A stretch of DNA of 64,000 nucleotides. It comes from Candidatus Latescibacterota bacterium. GTDB lineage: Bacteria > Latescibacterota > UBA2968 > UBA8231. The position numbers were made by a program, and so were the translations under genes. Shown here piece by piece: positions 18,594-28,799 of the stretch. Positions within the stretch are counted from its first letter, which is position 1. The number at the start of each line of letters is the position of its first letter. Location: the NCBI GenBank assembly GCA_965248355.1, contig OZ252098.1:4928001-4992000 (forward strand), read 5' to 3'. Under the pieces are notes generated by a model, which saw nothing but the letters and a program-made list of their open reading frames with translations, made no database searches and was not told the DNA's origin.

Positions 18594-21500
18594 TTACTCA
18601 AGGACAATGGCGGTGGGAACGTCCAGTCCGGTGACAAGGTTCTGAACTCTTGAACCGTCGAGGTGGCGCTTCGAATTCGGCCGGTGGCATTGTCGGTCCA
18701 GTACATCCGGCCTCCATCCAGATCCAATGCCAGCCCCCTGGGTTCTCCGAGGTTGGTGATGAGGTCCTCCACGTTGGATCCGTCGAGGTCGGATCTCTGA
18801 ATCTCACCAGCGCCGGCGTGGGTCCAGTATATCTTGTTGTCTTCCAAATCCAAAGCCAATCGATCGGGATTCCTCAGGCCAGCGACGAGGTCTTGGATAT
18901 TGGATCCATCAAGGTCAGCCCGATGGATCTTGTCCGTGCCTTGATCGGCCCAGTACATCTTGCCCTTGGCTACATCCAGGGCAAGTCCTCTGGGGGTAGA
19001 CAATCCGGTGGTGACAAGGTCCTCCACATTTGATCCATCGAGGTTGGCGCGCCGGATCCTGTCCCTTTCCATGTCCGTCCAGTACATCTTTCCGCCCATC
19101 AAATCCAGGGCAAGCCCTACGGGATAGCTCAAGCCGGCGGTGACAATGTCTTCGACCTTGGATCCGTCGAGGTTGGCCCGCTGGATCTTGTCCCGGGTGC
19201 CGGCGTGCGTCCAATACATCCTCGCTTTCTCTGGTATTCTGAGGGTATAGGCCCGCAAGACGGCTTGGTCCGAGGCCCTGCGTATTTCCACCTTGGCCTC
19301 ACCCGTCTCACAGGCGGCCAAGTAGAGGTCTTGTCCCCCGTAGCGAGTGACGGTGTCCTCTGGTTGTGCCGGGCACTCGCTGGCCGCTCCGCGGGATTGG
19401 GCGATCAGGATCCGAGCCGGAGTGCCGCTGGGGTTGGCCACAACGATGATTGGTTCCGTTGCACGGACCTCAAAGCGGCGCCAAGTCCCGTCTCGAGGCA
19501 GGGCCACCGAGACGAGGTTTGGCGACAGGGAGGCCACGGGATTGGCCAGGGCCAGGCCGGTCGGGCTGTCCGATGGGCGGTTGACGAGAGTTTCGACATT
19601 GGAGCCGTCCAGGTCTGCCCGCTGGATCTTGTCGGTTCCCGAATCAGTCCAGTAGATCTTGCCGCCGGCCACATCCAGGGCCAGGCCCTTGGCGATCCTC
19701 AGTCCAGTGGTGACGACGTCTTCCACGTTGGAGCCGTCGAGGTCGGCGCGCTGGATCTTGTCGGTGCCGTAGTCGGTCCAGTAGATCCTGCCCGCCCCCA
19801 GATCCAAGGCCAGCTCTCCAGGAATCTTCAATCCGGTGGTGACGAGGTCTTCCACGTGGGATCCGTCGAGGTTGGCCCGCTGGATCTTGTTGGTGCCGTA
19901 GTCGGACCAGTAGACCTTGCCGGCGTCCACATCCAGGGCCAGGCCTTCGGGGCTGTGCAGGCCAATGGAGACCAGGGTTTCCACCCGGGACCCGTCGAGG
20001 TTGGCGCGCTGGATCTTGTTGGACCCGGCGTCGGTCCAGTAGATCTGGCCCCGGGTCAGGTCCAGGGCGATGGCGACGGGACGGATCAAGCGGGAGGTGA
20101 CGACGGCCTTGGTCTCGGATCCGTCGAGGTTGGCCCGCCAGATCCAGCGGGTGTCCTGGTCGGACCAATAGATCTTGCCCTCCAGCACGTCCAGGGCCAG
20201 GCTTCGGGGCGAGCCGAAGGTGACGAGGTCTTCGACGTTGGAGCCATCGGAGTCGGCGCGCTGGATCTTGTCGCCGTTGGTCCAGTAGATCTTCGCGATG
20301 GTGGGACCCGTGGTCGCTGTTGGCAACTCATCAATGGTGAAGGTATAGGTCCGGAGGAGGGTCTTGTCCGAGGCCCGTCGCAACTCCACCTTGGCCGGGC
20401 CGGCCGAACATCCGGCCAGGTAGATGGTCTGGCCGTCCTCGCCGGTCAGGCTGTCCTGGGACTCGGCGGGGCATCGGTTGGCCTCCCCGCTGGTGGCGGT
20501 GGCCTGGACCGTCGGGGTGGAGCCGGTGGGGTTGGCGACGACGACCACGGCCTCGCTGGCCTGGACGGTGAATGGGTGCCAGGCACCGTCGTTGATGAAG
20601 TCCACGACCGACGGGTCTGGCGACAGCGTGGCCGTCGCGGGGGCGGGCTGGCCGATCGTGGCAATGTGCAGGGCTAGCCCCGTGGGCCCGCTCAGTGCGG
20701 TTGTGACGAGATCCTCGACATTGGATCCGTCGAGGTCGGCCCGTTGAATTCTCCCTCTTCCATGGTCGGTCCAGTACATCTTGCCGGCTGCCAGGTCCAA
20801 CGCCAGCCCATGAAGGATATCTCCTCTTGTGGCGACGAGATCTTGCATGTTGGACCCATCCAGGTTCGCGCGTTGTATCTTGTCCGTGCCCCAGTCGGTC
20901 CAGTAGATCTTTCCGGCCACCGTATCCAAGGTCAGGGCCGTAGGAGCGCGGAGTCCCGAGGTGACGAGGTCTTGTATGTTGGATCCATCCAGGTTGGCCC
21001 GCTGGATCTTCTTCGTCCTCTGGTCGGTCCAGTACATCCTGCCGGCGGCCACGTCCAACGCCAGTCCCTGGGGGTCGCTCAGCCCGGTGACGAGGTCCTC
21101 CACGGTGGATCCGTCCAGGTTGGCGCGTTGGATTTTGCCGGTCCTCTGATCGGTCCAGTACATCTTGCCTGCGGCCACATCCAACTCCAGCGCCGCAGGT
21201 CCGATCAAGCCGACAGTGACGAGATCCTCCACCTGGGACCCGTCGAGGTTGGCGCGCTGGATCTTGTCGGTGCCGTTGTCGGTCCAGTACATCTTGCCGG
21301 CCGCCACATCCAGGGCAAGCTCTTTGGGTCCACTCAGTCCGGCGGTGACGAGATCTACGACGTTGGACCCGTCGAGGTTGGCGCGTTGAATCCTGTGCGT
21401 GCCCCGGTCCAGCCAGTACATCCGGGACGTCCCGCTACCGATGCCGCCCTGCCCGCCGATCTGCTGGAGCACGAAATGCGTGGCGATGAGCCAGACGTCG

Positions 21501-22396
21501 ATATAGTCGATCCGGCCGTCGCTGTTCATGTCGCCTTGGGAGATGTCACCGTTGTTGGGCATGGTGATGGAGTTGTCGGCGATGTACGTAGCCACCAACA
21601 GGGCGTCCACAATGTCGACCCGGCCGTTGTTGTCCACGTCGCCCAACAGCCCGCTGGCCGCGGCCTTTTCTCGAGGGATGGTGCCCGGCTCCTCGACCAC
21701 CAGGTACAGGGCACCCTGGCTGGCGTCCACTCGGAAGGCCGGGTCCACATAGGTGACCAGGCCCGGACCGGAGACGGTCAGGCCAAAGACGGAAGAGCCT
21801 GTCGCCATGGAGGCAGAGCCAACGGGTTGGGGACCATTCGAAACCGCTGCTCCCGCCGAGACGCCCGCCTGACCGTCCACCAGCACCATTCGCTGAGTGG
21901 CCACCATCGAGCCGCTCTGCAGCCGGTAGAGATAGACCCCGGCCGCCGCGGCGCGCCCCGTGGCATCGGTGCCGTCCCACTGCGCACTGTGAAATCCGGC
22001 AGGCTGCTCCCCATCCACCAGCGTCGCGATTCGCTGGCCGAGGAGGTTGAACACTTCCAGGCGCATGTACGAGGAGGCTGGCAGTTGATAGGGGATGATG
22101 GTGGAGGGGTTGAAGGGGTTGGGGTAGTTCTGCCCCAGGGAGAATCGCTCCGGCAGGGCCGACGGGGCCAACTCCTCCAGGGACAGAGAGAACCAGCCGG
22201 CCTCATCCGTTGTCGCAGAGGCCGGCCGACGCAGATCGGTCAGGTCGAAGAGCATTACCTGAGCCTGGGGGGCCGGGTCCCCGGACGGCAGGCTCACGCG
22301 GCCCTCAAGGAGGGATTCGGCTCCGGCCGGCAGGCTGGATAGCGACCCGAGGACGGCCACCGAAGGGACGGCGAGTCTCAGGATTGCAGTCTTCAT
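18594..22396 (-). CDS. Large secreted protein: carboxypeptidase-regulatory-like + FlgD-Ig/T9SS-like domain + dockerin-like + three YWTD (LDL-receptor class B) propellers; frameshift near 18664
   Basis: Signal peptide; QNYPNPFNPST...GVYLYRL; GDVDNNGRVDIVD and GDMNSDGRIDYID; 17 (K/R)(M/I)YW(T/S)D-type repeats. Restoring one base near 18664 gives ...SANLDGSRVQNLVTGLDVPTAIVLE-stop at 18594. Confidence 0.85.
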
Positions 22397-23577
22397 ATCG
22401 GTCCCCCCAATTGGTTAGCTGATGGAGGCTCACCCAAGACAAGAGGAATCAGCCTGTCGAGGTGTCGCTCCCTGGTAAACGCCTGCCGGTACCGGTCGAT
22501 GGAGGCTCGACTCATGGCGTTGAATCGGGCCGGCTCTCGAGTGTAAGACTCGATCACCCGTGCGATTCCCTCGGGCCGGTCAAAGGGGACCAAGTGCGCT
22601 TCCCTGCCTTCTTCGACCATTTCGGGTATTGTGCGAAAAGGTGTCGAAATCACTATCAGCCCGAAGGCCAGGGCCTCAATGATCGAGATCGGCTGGGCTT
22701 CGTACCTGTAGCAGGTGGGAAGCAGAAAGAAATGACTCTCTCTGAGGAACTGCAGTTTCTCTTCACCGTCTACAGGACCATGCCAGAAAGCATGGTTGTC
22801 GAGACTCGCACCTTCGATCCGGGCACGAAAATCGGCCTCCGCCGCTTCGGGGCTTGAGTACGGACAGATGTCGGAGGCGAGGACGAAGCTGCCGCAGAAG
22901 TGACATTCGGCATCGACCCCCTTGTCCTGCACCAGGATCCGAAGGGCTTCGAGGACCTGAAGGTAGCCCTTGCTCACGATCAGGTTGGACAGGAAGAGAA
23001 GCCTTGGGCGGCCCTGTAATGCCGCTGGAAGGCGCTTGGGCTCCCCAGGGGTTTCCTCGCGGTCGTAGGGTAGTCCATTGAAGAGGACCACGGTCCTCTT
23101 CCGCAGGGAAGGTTCAAAATCGAACATCCCGGAGAGCGCTCGTCCGAGGACCAGTATCCTGTGGACCCGCCTGAGAACAGCACGGACGACGTACCTCCGC
23201 AATGGCCCCAGCGAGTAGTAGAAGCCGTCGTAGTTCCCCCCATGAACGTGAATTACGATACGCTGCCGGCCCCCGACGGCCAGGAGTATGAATAGGCTGT
23301 CCCTGAGGAAGCCCATCCAGTTCTGGGCGGAGCTGAGGTAGAGGGTTTTCCGGCCCCAGATCAAATGGAGCGCTTTGCAGAAAGGCCTGAGGAGCTGCCA
23401 CATTCGTACCAGGGAAAAGGCACCCTCCGGCCTCGTGTGCCCTCCTCCGCTGAGGTCGATCACTCGGAATGGCAACTGCCGCTCCCGAAAACCGTCGCAG
23501 GCCATCTGGAATGCAATGGTCTGTCCGGTAAGGGGAGGAGGGAGGGAGCCGATCAGGACTGTCTGGGGGATAGACAA
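22393..23577 (-). CDS. Glycosyltransferase family 4
   Basis: LPPPLTGQ, IHVHGG, LSNLIVSKG and EAQPISIIEAL motifs. Confidence 0.88.
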   Translation of the reverse strand: MSIPQTVLIGSLPPPLTGQTIAFQMACDGFRERQLPFRVIDLSGGGHTRPEGAFSLVRMWQLLRPFCKALHLIWGRKTLYLSSAQNWMGFLRDSLFILLAVGGRQRIVIHVHGGNYDGFYYSLGPLRRYVVRAVLRRVHRILVLGRALSGMFDFEPSLRKRTVVLFNGLPYDREETPGEPKRLPAALQGRPRLLFLSNLIVSKGYLQVLEALRILVQDKGVDAECHFCGSFVLASDICPYSSPEAAEADFRARIEGASLDNHAFWHGPVDGEEKLQFLRESHFFLLPTCYRYEAQPISIIEALAFGLIVISTPFRTIPEMVEEGREAHLVPFDRPEGIARVIESYTREPARFNAMSRASIDRYRQAFTRERHLDRLIPLVLGEPPSANQLGGPI

Positions 23578-23611
23578 GGTGTGAGGCGCCCATCAAGGCG
23601 GGATGGCTTGC

Positions 23612-24198
23612 TCACTTGAGCTTGGCATAGCAAATCCATGTGTACCACAAGGCCTCTTCAAAGAAGAGCTGGTGAGATGACTTTTCGGGGCGCTTCAACA
23701 GCGGGGGCGGAGTCGGGTAGGACCGTTCATCCCAGTCATCTCCCCAGCGGGTCTTGTCGGGTTTGAAAATCGGTGGGAATTCGAAATAGATATCGAGGTT
23801 CTTGTGCAAGACACGGGCGGCAATCTCGTTGGGGCAGATGCGCGACACCTCGTACTGTGGGCTTAGAAAAAGCAGAGCAAGTCCCGATCGTCGTAGACTG
23901 CTTTCTGGGAAACATACTCGCGGTTCCTCAAGTCCAGGTCGATGGAAAGCAACTTGGCCTGGGGGCATGCCGTTTCCAGCAGCCAGGTGCTTTGTCCTTT
24001 CCATACCCCACTCTCTACGATCAAGTCGGGCGAGAGCTTTCTCGCCATGAACCAAAGGGCAAACATATGGGGTGACTTCATGCCCCCACGATTGTCCTTG
24101 ATGGGCCTGGTGGCATAGATCTCCGCGAACGTATCCAGCCCATTCAGAATCTCTTCACGGCTCCAAGGTGGTTGGCCGATTGTCACTGGGGGATTCAC
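23612..24198 (-). pseudogene. Disrupted methyltransferase-like gene
   Basis: The 5' half (IVESGVWKGQSTW, SAM-motif-like) stops at 23863. A protein-like C-terminus (YFEFPPIF...WICYAKLK) continues in another frame to 23612. Confidence 0.6.
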
Positions 24199-24229
24199 AA
24201 TCGGGACTTCTCCGGGCGGTAGTTGTGGT

Positions 24230-25729
24230 TTACTCGTGAGGCTTGTGAAGAGGGGTCCCGGTCTTCAAGACTTGGCGCAGCGTCCGCAACTCGTTCAGCA
24301 GGCCCCGGCCCTCCAAGGCCAGCAGGGCGACCCCGTAGAAACATACGAAGATGCCCGCGCCCAGTACAAAGGCCACCGCAGTGGGGAAACCCTCGATGAG
24401 CGGCCCGGCCGCCAGGCGGGCGCCGGCGGCCGCCCCCGCCGCAAGCAGGGGCGGAGCGATGCTGCGCAGCCAGGGCACCTCCACGTGGCGGGCGCTCCGG
24501 TGCAGGGCCACCAAGGTCCCCAGCAAGGCCGCCAGGTTCATGGCCATGGCCGTTCCCTCGATGGCGAAGTCGCGCGTGAGCAGGGGCGCGGCCGCGAGAA
24601 GGACGGCGGCCTGCACCGCGACGAAGGCGGCCGATCCGCGGGGATCGCCGATGCTGCGCAGCAGCGCGTGGACGGCTTCCAGCAGGGGGCGGCAGAGGGA
24701 GAAGAGGAGGAGCCAGCGCAGAATGGAGGCCATGGGCATCCAGCTCTCGTCGAGGAACAGGAGGGTGAGGGCGGGAATCTCGATGGCCACGAGAAGGGAG
24801 AGGGGCACCGCCGAGCGCATGATCAGTCTCAGGGCCCGGCGAAAGGCGCCGGCGAGCTGCTCGCGGTCCTGTTGGTAGCGCGCGAAGACGGCGACCATGA
24901 CGCCGGTGAGGGCGTGGGTGATAACGCCGGTGGGCAGCTGGGCGAAGACATGGGCGCGTTCGTAGAACCCCAGGCTCTTCAGGTCGAGCAGGAACCCCAC
25001 CACGAGGCGGTCGAAGTTGAGCACGAAGGCCTGCAGCATCGTCGCCAGCCAGATCCAGGCCCCGTAGTCGAACATGCGCCGGGCTTCATCCGGGCGGAAG
25101 TCGGAGAGGCGGAAGGGCAGGGGGGAGCGGCTGCGCCAGAGCATCGCCCAGTAGACGGCGACATAGCCGATCCCGTAGACGGAATGACTGAGGATGAGAG
25201 CCCAGATCCCGCCTCCCAGCAAGGCCACGGCGATGCCCGAGGCCGCGGCGGCGATCAGGGCGAGGGCATGGGCGGCTGCGAGTGAGCCGAACTCGAGGTC
25301 GCGCCGGAGCTGGGTCTCGGCGGTCAGGGCCGTGGCCCGGAGAAGGTCGAAGGCGGCGAAGACGGCCAGGGCCATGGCCACCCCGCGGGCGTCCACGAAG
25401 AAGACGGCCAGGGCGATGGCCCCGACGGCGCCGAGGACGGCGAGGGCCGTGTTCAGAAAGAAGTGGGTAGGGGCGAGCTCGTCGACGCGCTTGTAGCGAT
25501 GCAGCAGGGCATTGTGGAGACCGAAGCTGCGCAGGGCCGACACCAGGGCGAGCCAGGAGGCGGCGAGGGCGACCTGGCCGAAGGCCTCCGGGGGGAGCTC
25601 GCGGGTGAGGACGACGATGGCGATCCAGCTGACGAGCCGGCCCGCGTAGGCGCTGCTGAGGGTTTGGACCGCGCCCCGGGCGATCCGTCCGACCGCCGCC
25701 CCTTCCGTGCCGTCCTTCGTCTGGTGCAC
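24230..25729 (-). CDS. Oligosaccharide flippase (Wzx/PST family)
   Basis: More than 10 hydrophobic segments; LTRELPPEAFG, LRRDLEF and D.LVVG....LGFYERA motifs. Confidence 0.85.
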   Translation of the reverse strand: MHQTKDGTEGAAVGRIARGAVQTLSSAYAGRLVSWIAIVVLTRELPPEAFGQVALAASWLALVSALRSFGLHNALLHRYKRVDELAPTHFFLNTALAVLGAVGAIALAVFFVDARGVAMALAVFAAFDLLRATALTAETQLRRDLEFGSLAAAHALALIAAAASGIAVALLGGGIWALILSHSVYGIGYVAVYWAMLWRSRSPLPFRLSDFRPDEARRMFDYGAWIWLATMLQAFVLNFDRLVVGFLLDLKSLGFYERAHVFAQLPTGVITHALTGVMVAVFARYQQDREQLAGAFRRALRLIMRSAVPLSLLVAIEIPALTLLFLDESWMPMASILRWLLLFSLCRPLLEAVHALLRSIGDPRGSAAFVAVQAAVLLAAAPLLTRDFAIEGTAMAMNLAALLGTLVALHRSARHVEVPWLRSIAPPLLAAGAAAGARLAAGPLIEGFPTAVAFVLGAGIFVCFYGVALLALEGRGLLNELRTLRQVLKTGTPLHKPHE

Positions 25730-25837
25730 GGTTCCTTCCCGGCCCTCCTCGGGCCTTTCAGGTACGGGCCCGGCCCTCGGACTGACGCCGATCGAAGACC
25801 GGGTTCGGCCGCCTTGCGGGAACTGGCCGGACCGGCC

Positions 25838-26308
25838 CTACTCGAAGTACTCGTCCTCCCGGAACCGGGTCCACGATTCGAAGACGGGAAAAGGCGAAGG
25901 CAGGCTGTTGCGGGGATCGTTGAGCTTGAAGGAGATCCTGTCGCCGTCGAAGACGCTCCGGACGGAGATGGAGAGGTCCTTCGTCGGGATGCAGTCGTCG
26001 CACTTGTCGGGGAACTCCTGCCTGGACTCCGGATCCTCGAAATGAATCACGAATTCGGCGTCCTGGAACTTGGCGCCGCCGGCCTTCTCGAGGCGGTAAT
26101 CGGCGGCGGAGATCTCCCACTGGCGGAACGACCGGTCCTGCAGCGCCGACTTGACCTGGACCGGTTGCACCGGGTCGTCCTCTCCGCAGGACGAGGCGAG
26201 GAGCAGAGCGGCCGTGAGCGTGATCGCGGTCACGACGTGGGTGTGCCAGCGGGTATCGGGAAGGGCCTGGGACTTCACGCGGGATCGGGCGGCGGCTGTC
26301 AGGGTCAT
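25838..26308 (-). CDS. Hypothetical lipoprotein with CxxC
   Basis: C-terminal part of ORF 25838..27262. GGAGG before the ATG, hydrophobic stretch ending LASSC, and CDDC. Confidence 0.55.
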   Translation of the reverse strand: MTLTAAARSRVKSQALPDTRWHTHVVTAITLTAALLLASSCGEDDPVQPVQVKSALQDRSFRQWEISAADYRLEKAGGAKFQDAEFVIHFEDPESRQEFPDKCDDCIPTKDLSISVRSVFDGDRISFKLNDPRNSLPSPFPVFESWTRFREDEYFE

Positions 26309-26379
26309 CCTCCATCGACAGGTTGCGCGCATCCCCATACGACGATCCGCGGACCGGCAAGGTTCCGTCCCCGGCGGCC

Positions 26380-27192
26380 TCAGCCGCCGACGCCCCCTCC
26401 CCGCACGTGATAGAGCAGGGGGTTCTGCTCGTCGTTGTCGAGCGCGTCGCCCTCCGACAGGGTGGCCAGGTATTCGGGAGGGAGCACGTTCTTCTGGCCG
26501 TTGAAGGTGCTGCCGTCGGGCATGAAGCCGCAGGTCATGGCGCGCCTTCGGCCGGGGGTCATGTTGGCCCCGGCGCCGTGGGCGAGCAGGCCGTTGTGGA
26601 AGGAGCAGGATCCGGCCTTCATGGGGGCGGCGTCCGCCTCGAGCACCGCCCACTCGGGGTACTGCTCGAAGAGGGCGCCGATGTCCTGCCCAATGGGGCC
26701 GTTGGCCCAGGTGGCGGTCCTGTGCGTCCCGGGGAGGAAGTAGAGGCAGCCGTTGTCGCGGGTGACGTCGTCGAGGGCGACCCAGAGGCTGATGGCGTGG
26801 CGCGACGAGAACGACCAGTAGGGGTTGTCCAGGTGCCAGCCGGTGGGGTTGGCCCAGGGCTCCTTGACGAGGGCCTGGTCGTGCCAGATGCGGATGCCGT
26901 CCACGCCGGCCAGCTCGGCGGCCATCTTGCCGATCCGCGCGTCGAGCATCAGGCCGCGGACGCCGTCGTGGTCCATCCACAGGTTGATGCGCTGGGTGAA
27001 GACCTTGTCGTAGTAGGAGTCGCCGGCCCGCCAGTCGCTGTTGGCGAGTTTGCGGTCCTCGCGGGCGGCCACCGCCGCGTCGATCCGGCGCCGCCAGAGG
27101 GCCAGCTCCTCCGCCGACAGGAAACCGTGGATGACGACGTATCCGCGTTCCTCGTAGCGGGCGATCTGATCGGGGGTGACCTCGGTTCTCAC
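26380..27192 (-). CDS. PhyH family Fe(II)/2OG dioxygenase
   Basis: From GTG at 27192: VRTEVTPDQIARYEERGY...WHDQALVK...WHLD...NGCLYFLPG...HGAGAN. Confidence 0.88.
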   Translation of the reverse strand: MRTEVTPDQIARYEERGYVVIHGFLSAEELALWRRRIDAAVAAREDRKLANSDWRAGDSYYDKVFTQRINLWMDHDGVRGLMLDARIGKMAAELAGVDGIRIWHDQALVKEPWANPTGWHLDNPYWSFSSRHAISLWVALDDVTRDNGCLYFLPGTHRTATWANGPIGQDIGALFEQYPEWAVLEADAAPMKAGSCSFHNGLLAHGAGANMTPGRRRAMTCGFMPDGSTFNGQKNVLPPEYLATLSEGDALDNDEQNPLLYHVRGGGVGG

Positions 27193-27429
27193 GGGCAGGC
27201 TCCGGGAAGGGTTGGCAACCGCTGCCTGGCCAAGGATACGCAGCCCCGCGGGACCCATACAACGCCTCGGGGGTGGTGGGCGACTTCGGGGCCTCGCGGG
27301 ACCGACATCACGACTCGGGGCGGAGGGCGAAGGCCAGGGAGCCCGTGGGGGAGAGCCTTGACCGCTGTATCCCGGGTGGTGAGGTTGGCCCGAAATCGAA
27401 GGACCGAGCCGCCACCAGGAGGATCCGCC

Positions 27430-28404
27430 GTGAAGCGATTGGCCAAGCCGGAAGGGAAGTACCAACTCGTCGTCGAGGAGGCGCCGGTGCCGGAGCCGGG
27501 GCCGGGGGAGGTCCGCGTCAAGGCGGTGCGCTCCCTCATCAGCCGGGGCTCGGAGATGGGGGCCCGCTACACCCGGGAGCACGCCGTGAGCCCCGACATC
27601 ATGGGTTACTCCATGGCCGGCACCGTCGACGCCGTCGGCGCGGGGGTGTCGCACCTGGCCCCCGGCGACCACGTCGTCTCCCTGGCCCCCCACGCCGAGT
27701 ACACCGTCCAGCCCGCCACCGCCGACGGACCCGCGGGCCAAGCCAGGGTGGTGGCCCTGCCGGAGGACGTCGACTTCGACCGCGCCCCCTACTACCCGCT
27801 GGCCGTGGGGGCGGTGACCTGGGTCGAGATCGGCCAGAGCGGACCCACGGACACGGTGGTGATCCTGGGCCAGGGCCTGGTGGGCAGCCTCATGCTGCAG
27901 GTGATGAAGGCCAGTGGCCGCGGCTACGTGATCGCCGTGGACGCCCTCGACCGCCGCTGCGAGCTGGCCGCGGATCTGGGCGCCGACCGGGTCGTGAACG
28001 CCGGCGAGGAGGACCCGGTGGCGGCGGTGCGCAAGCTGACCAACGGCGCCGGGGCGCACCTGGTGGTCTATGCCGTGGGCGGTCCGGCGGGGCCGAAGGC
28101 CTTCGAGCAGGGACTCGACATGCTCGGCGTCGACGGCACCCTGCACCTGATCGGCCTCTACGAGGACCAGCCCCTCTCCCTGCCCTCGGGCAAGATCCAG
28201 CGGCGCCGCCTGCTGGGGGGCTACTACGGGCAGCGGTCCGGCCTGTCCGCCTACCGGCGGGCCATGTCGCTGCTGGCCACCGGGGCCATCGACACCGGCC
28301 GCATGACCACCCACCGGTTCCCCTTTCTCGAGGGGGCCGCCGCCTTCGACCTGCTCTGGAACCGGCCGGGCGAGGCCCTCGGGGTGCTGCTGGAGTGGGA
28401 CTGA
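27430..28404 (+). CDS. Medium-chain dehydrogenase/reductase (zinc-binding dehydrogenase superfamily)
   Basis: C-terminal part of ORF 26323..28404. AGGAGG then GTG; SLISRGSE, MGYSMAG.V..VG, GQGLVG and TTHRFP motifs. Confidence 0.85.
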   Translation: MKRLAKPEGKYQLVVEEAPVPEPGPGEVRVKAVRSLISRGSEMGARYTREHAVSPDIMGYSMAGTVDAVGAGVSHLAPGDHVVSLAPHAEYTVQPATADGPAGQARVVALPEDVDFDRAPYYPLAVGAVTWVEIGQSGPTDTVVILGQGLVGSLMLQVMKASGRGYVIAVDALDRRCELAADLGADRVVNAGEEDPVAAVRKLTNGAGAHLVVYAVGGPAGPKAFEQGLDMLGVDGTLHLIGLYEDQPLSLPSGKIQRRRLLGGYYGQRSGLSAYRRAMSLLATGAIDTGRMTTHRFPFLEGAAAFDLLWNRPGEALGVLLEWD

Positions 28405-28412
28405 GAGCGCGC

Positions 28413-28439
28413 GTCCCCTGTCCGGCAGCGGACAGGGAC
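28413..28439 (+). terminator. GC-rich hairpin after the dehydrogenase gene
   Basis: GTCCC(C)TGTCCG-GCAG-CGGACAGGGAC inverted repeat; no U-tract. Confidence 0.35.
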
Positions 28440-28511
28440 TGTAGCGCATGCGGACAGTCCCGGACCTTCCCCTTTCTCCATAAGTCACGGCGGATCAACG
28501 AATAACGTCCG

Positions 28512-28526
28512 TGGCACGCAAGTTGC
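28512..28526 (+). promoter_or_regulatory. Sigma54 (-24/-12) promoter
   Basis: TGGCACGCAAGTTGC matches the TGGCACG-N4-TTGC consensus, 57 nt upstream of ATG 28584. Confidence 0.7.
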
Positions 28527-28583
28527 GAATCCCCGTTCGAGCCGTTCCTGCGCCGGCAGGACAACTCGCACCGGGGAGGAGCC

Positions 28584-28799
28584 ATGACCCAGGGGGAACG
28601 CCGTATCGATCGGGAGCGCATCGAGCGCGCCGCCCGCATGTACTCGACCAACGAGGCCGCCAGCCGGGCCCTCGGTATCGAGCCGCGCAGCTTCAGCCGG
28701 CTGTGCCGCCGCTACGGCGTCGAGACGCCCTATGCCCGCCGCCTGCGGGAGCGCCGGGAGGCCCTGCAGGGGTGCTCCGGGTCCGAGGGGGCCCTCTAG
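28584..28799 (+). CDS. Small stand-alone Fis-like helix-turn-helix protein
   Basis: GGAGGAG ribosome-binding site; N..AASRALGI....F.RLCRRYG resembles Fis/HTH_8. Confidence 0.65.
   Translation: MTQGERRIDRERIERAARMYSTNEAASRALGIEPRSFSRLCRRYGVETPYARRLRERREALQGCSGSEGAL

Noticed and set aside
18650..21420. Regularly spaced DNA repeats resembling a CRISPR array
   Set aside because: They are degenerate coding repeats of the YWTD protein, with no identical repeats, unique spacers or cas genes.
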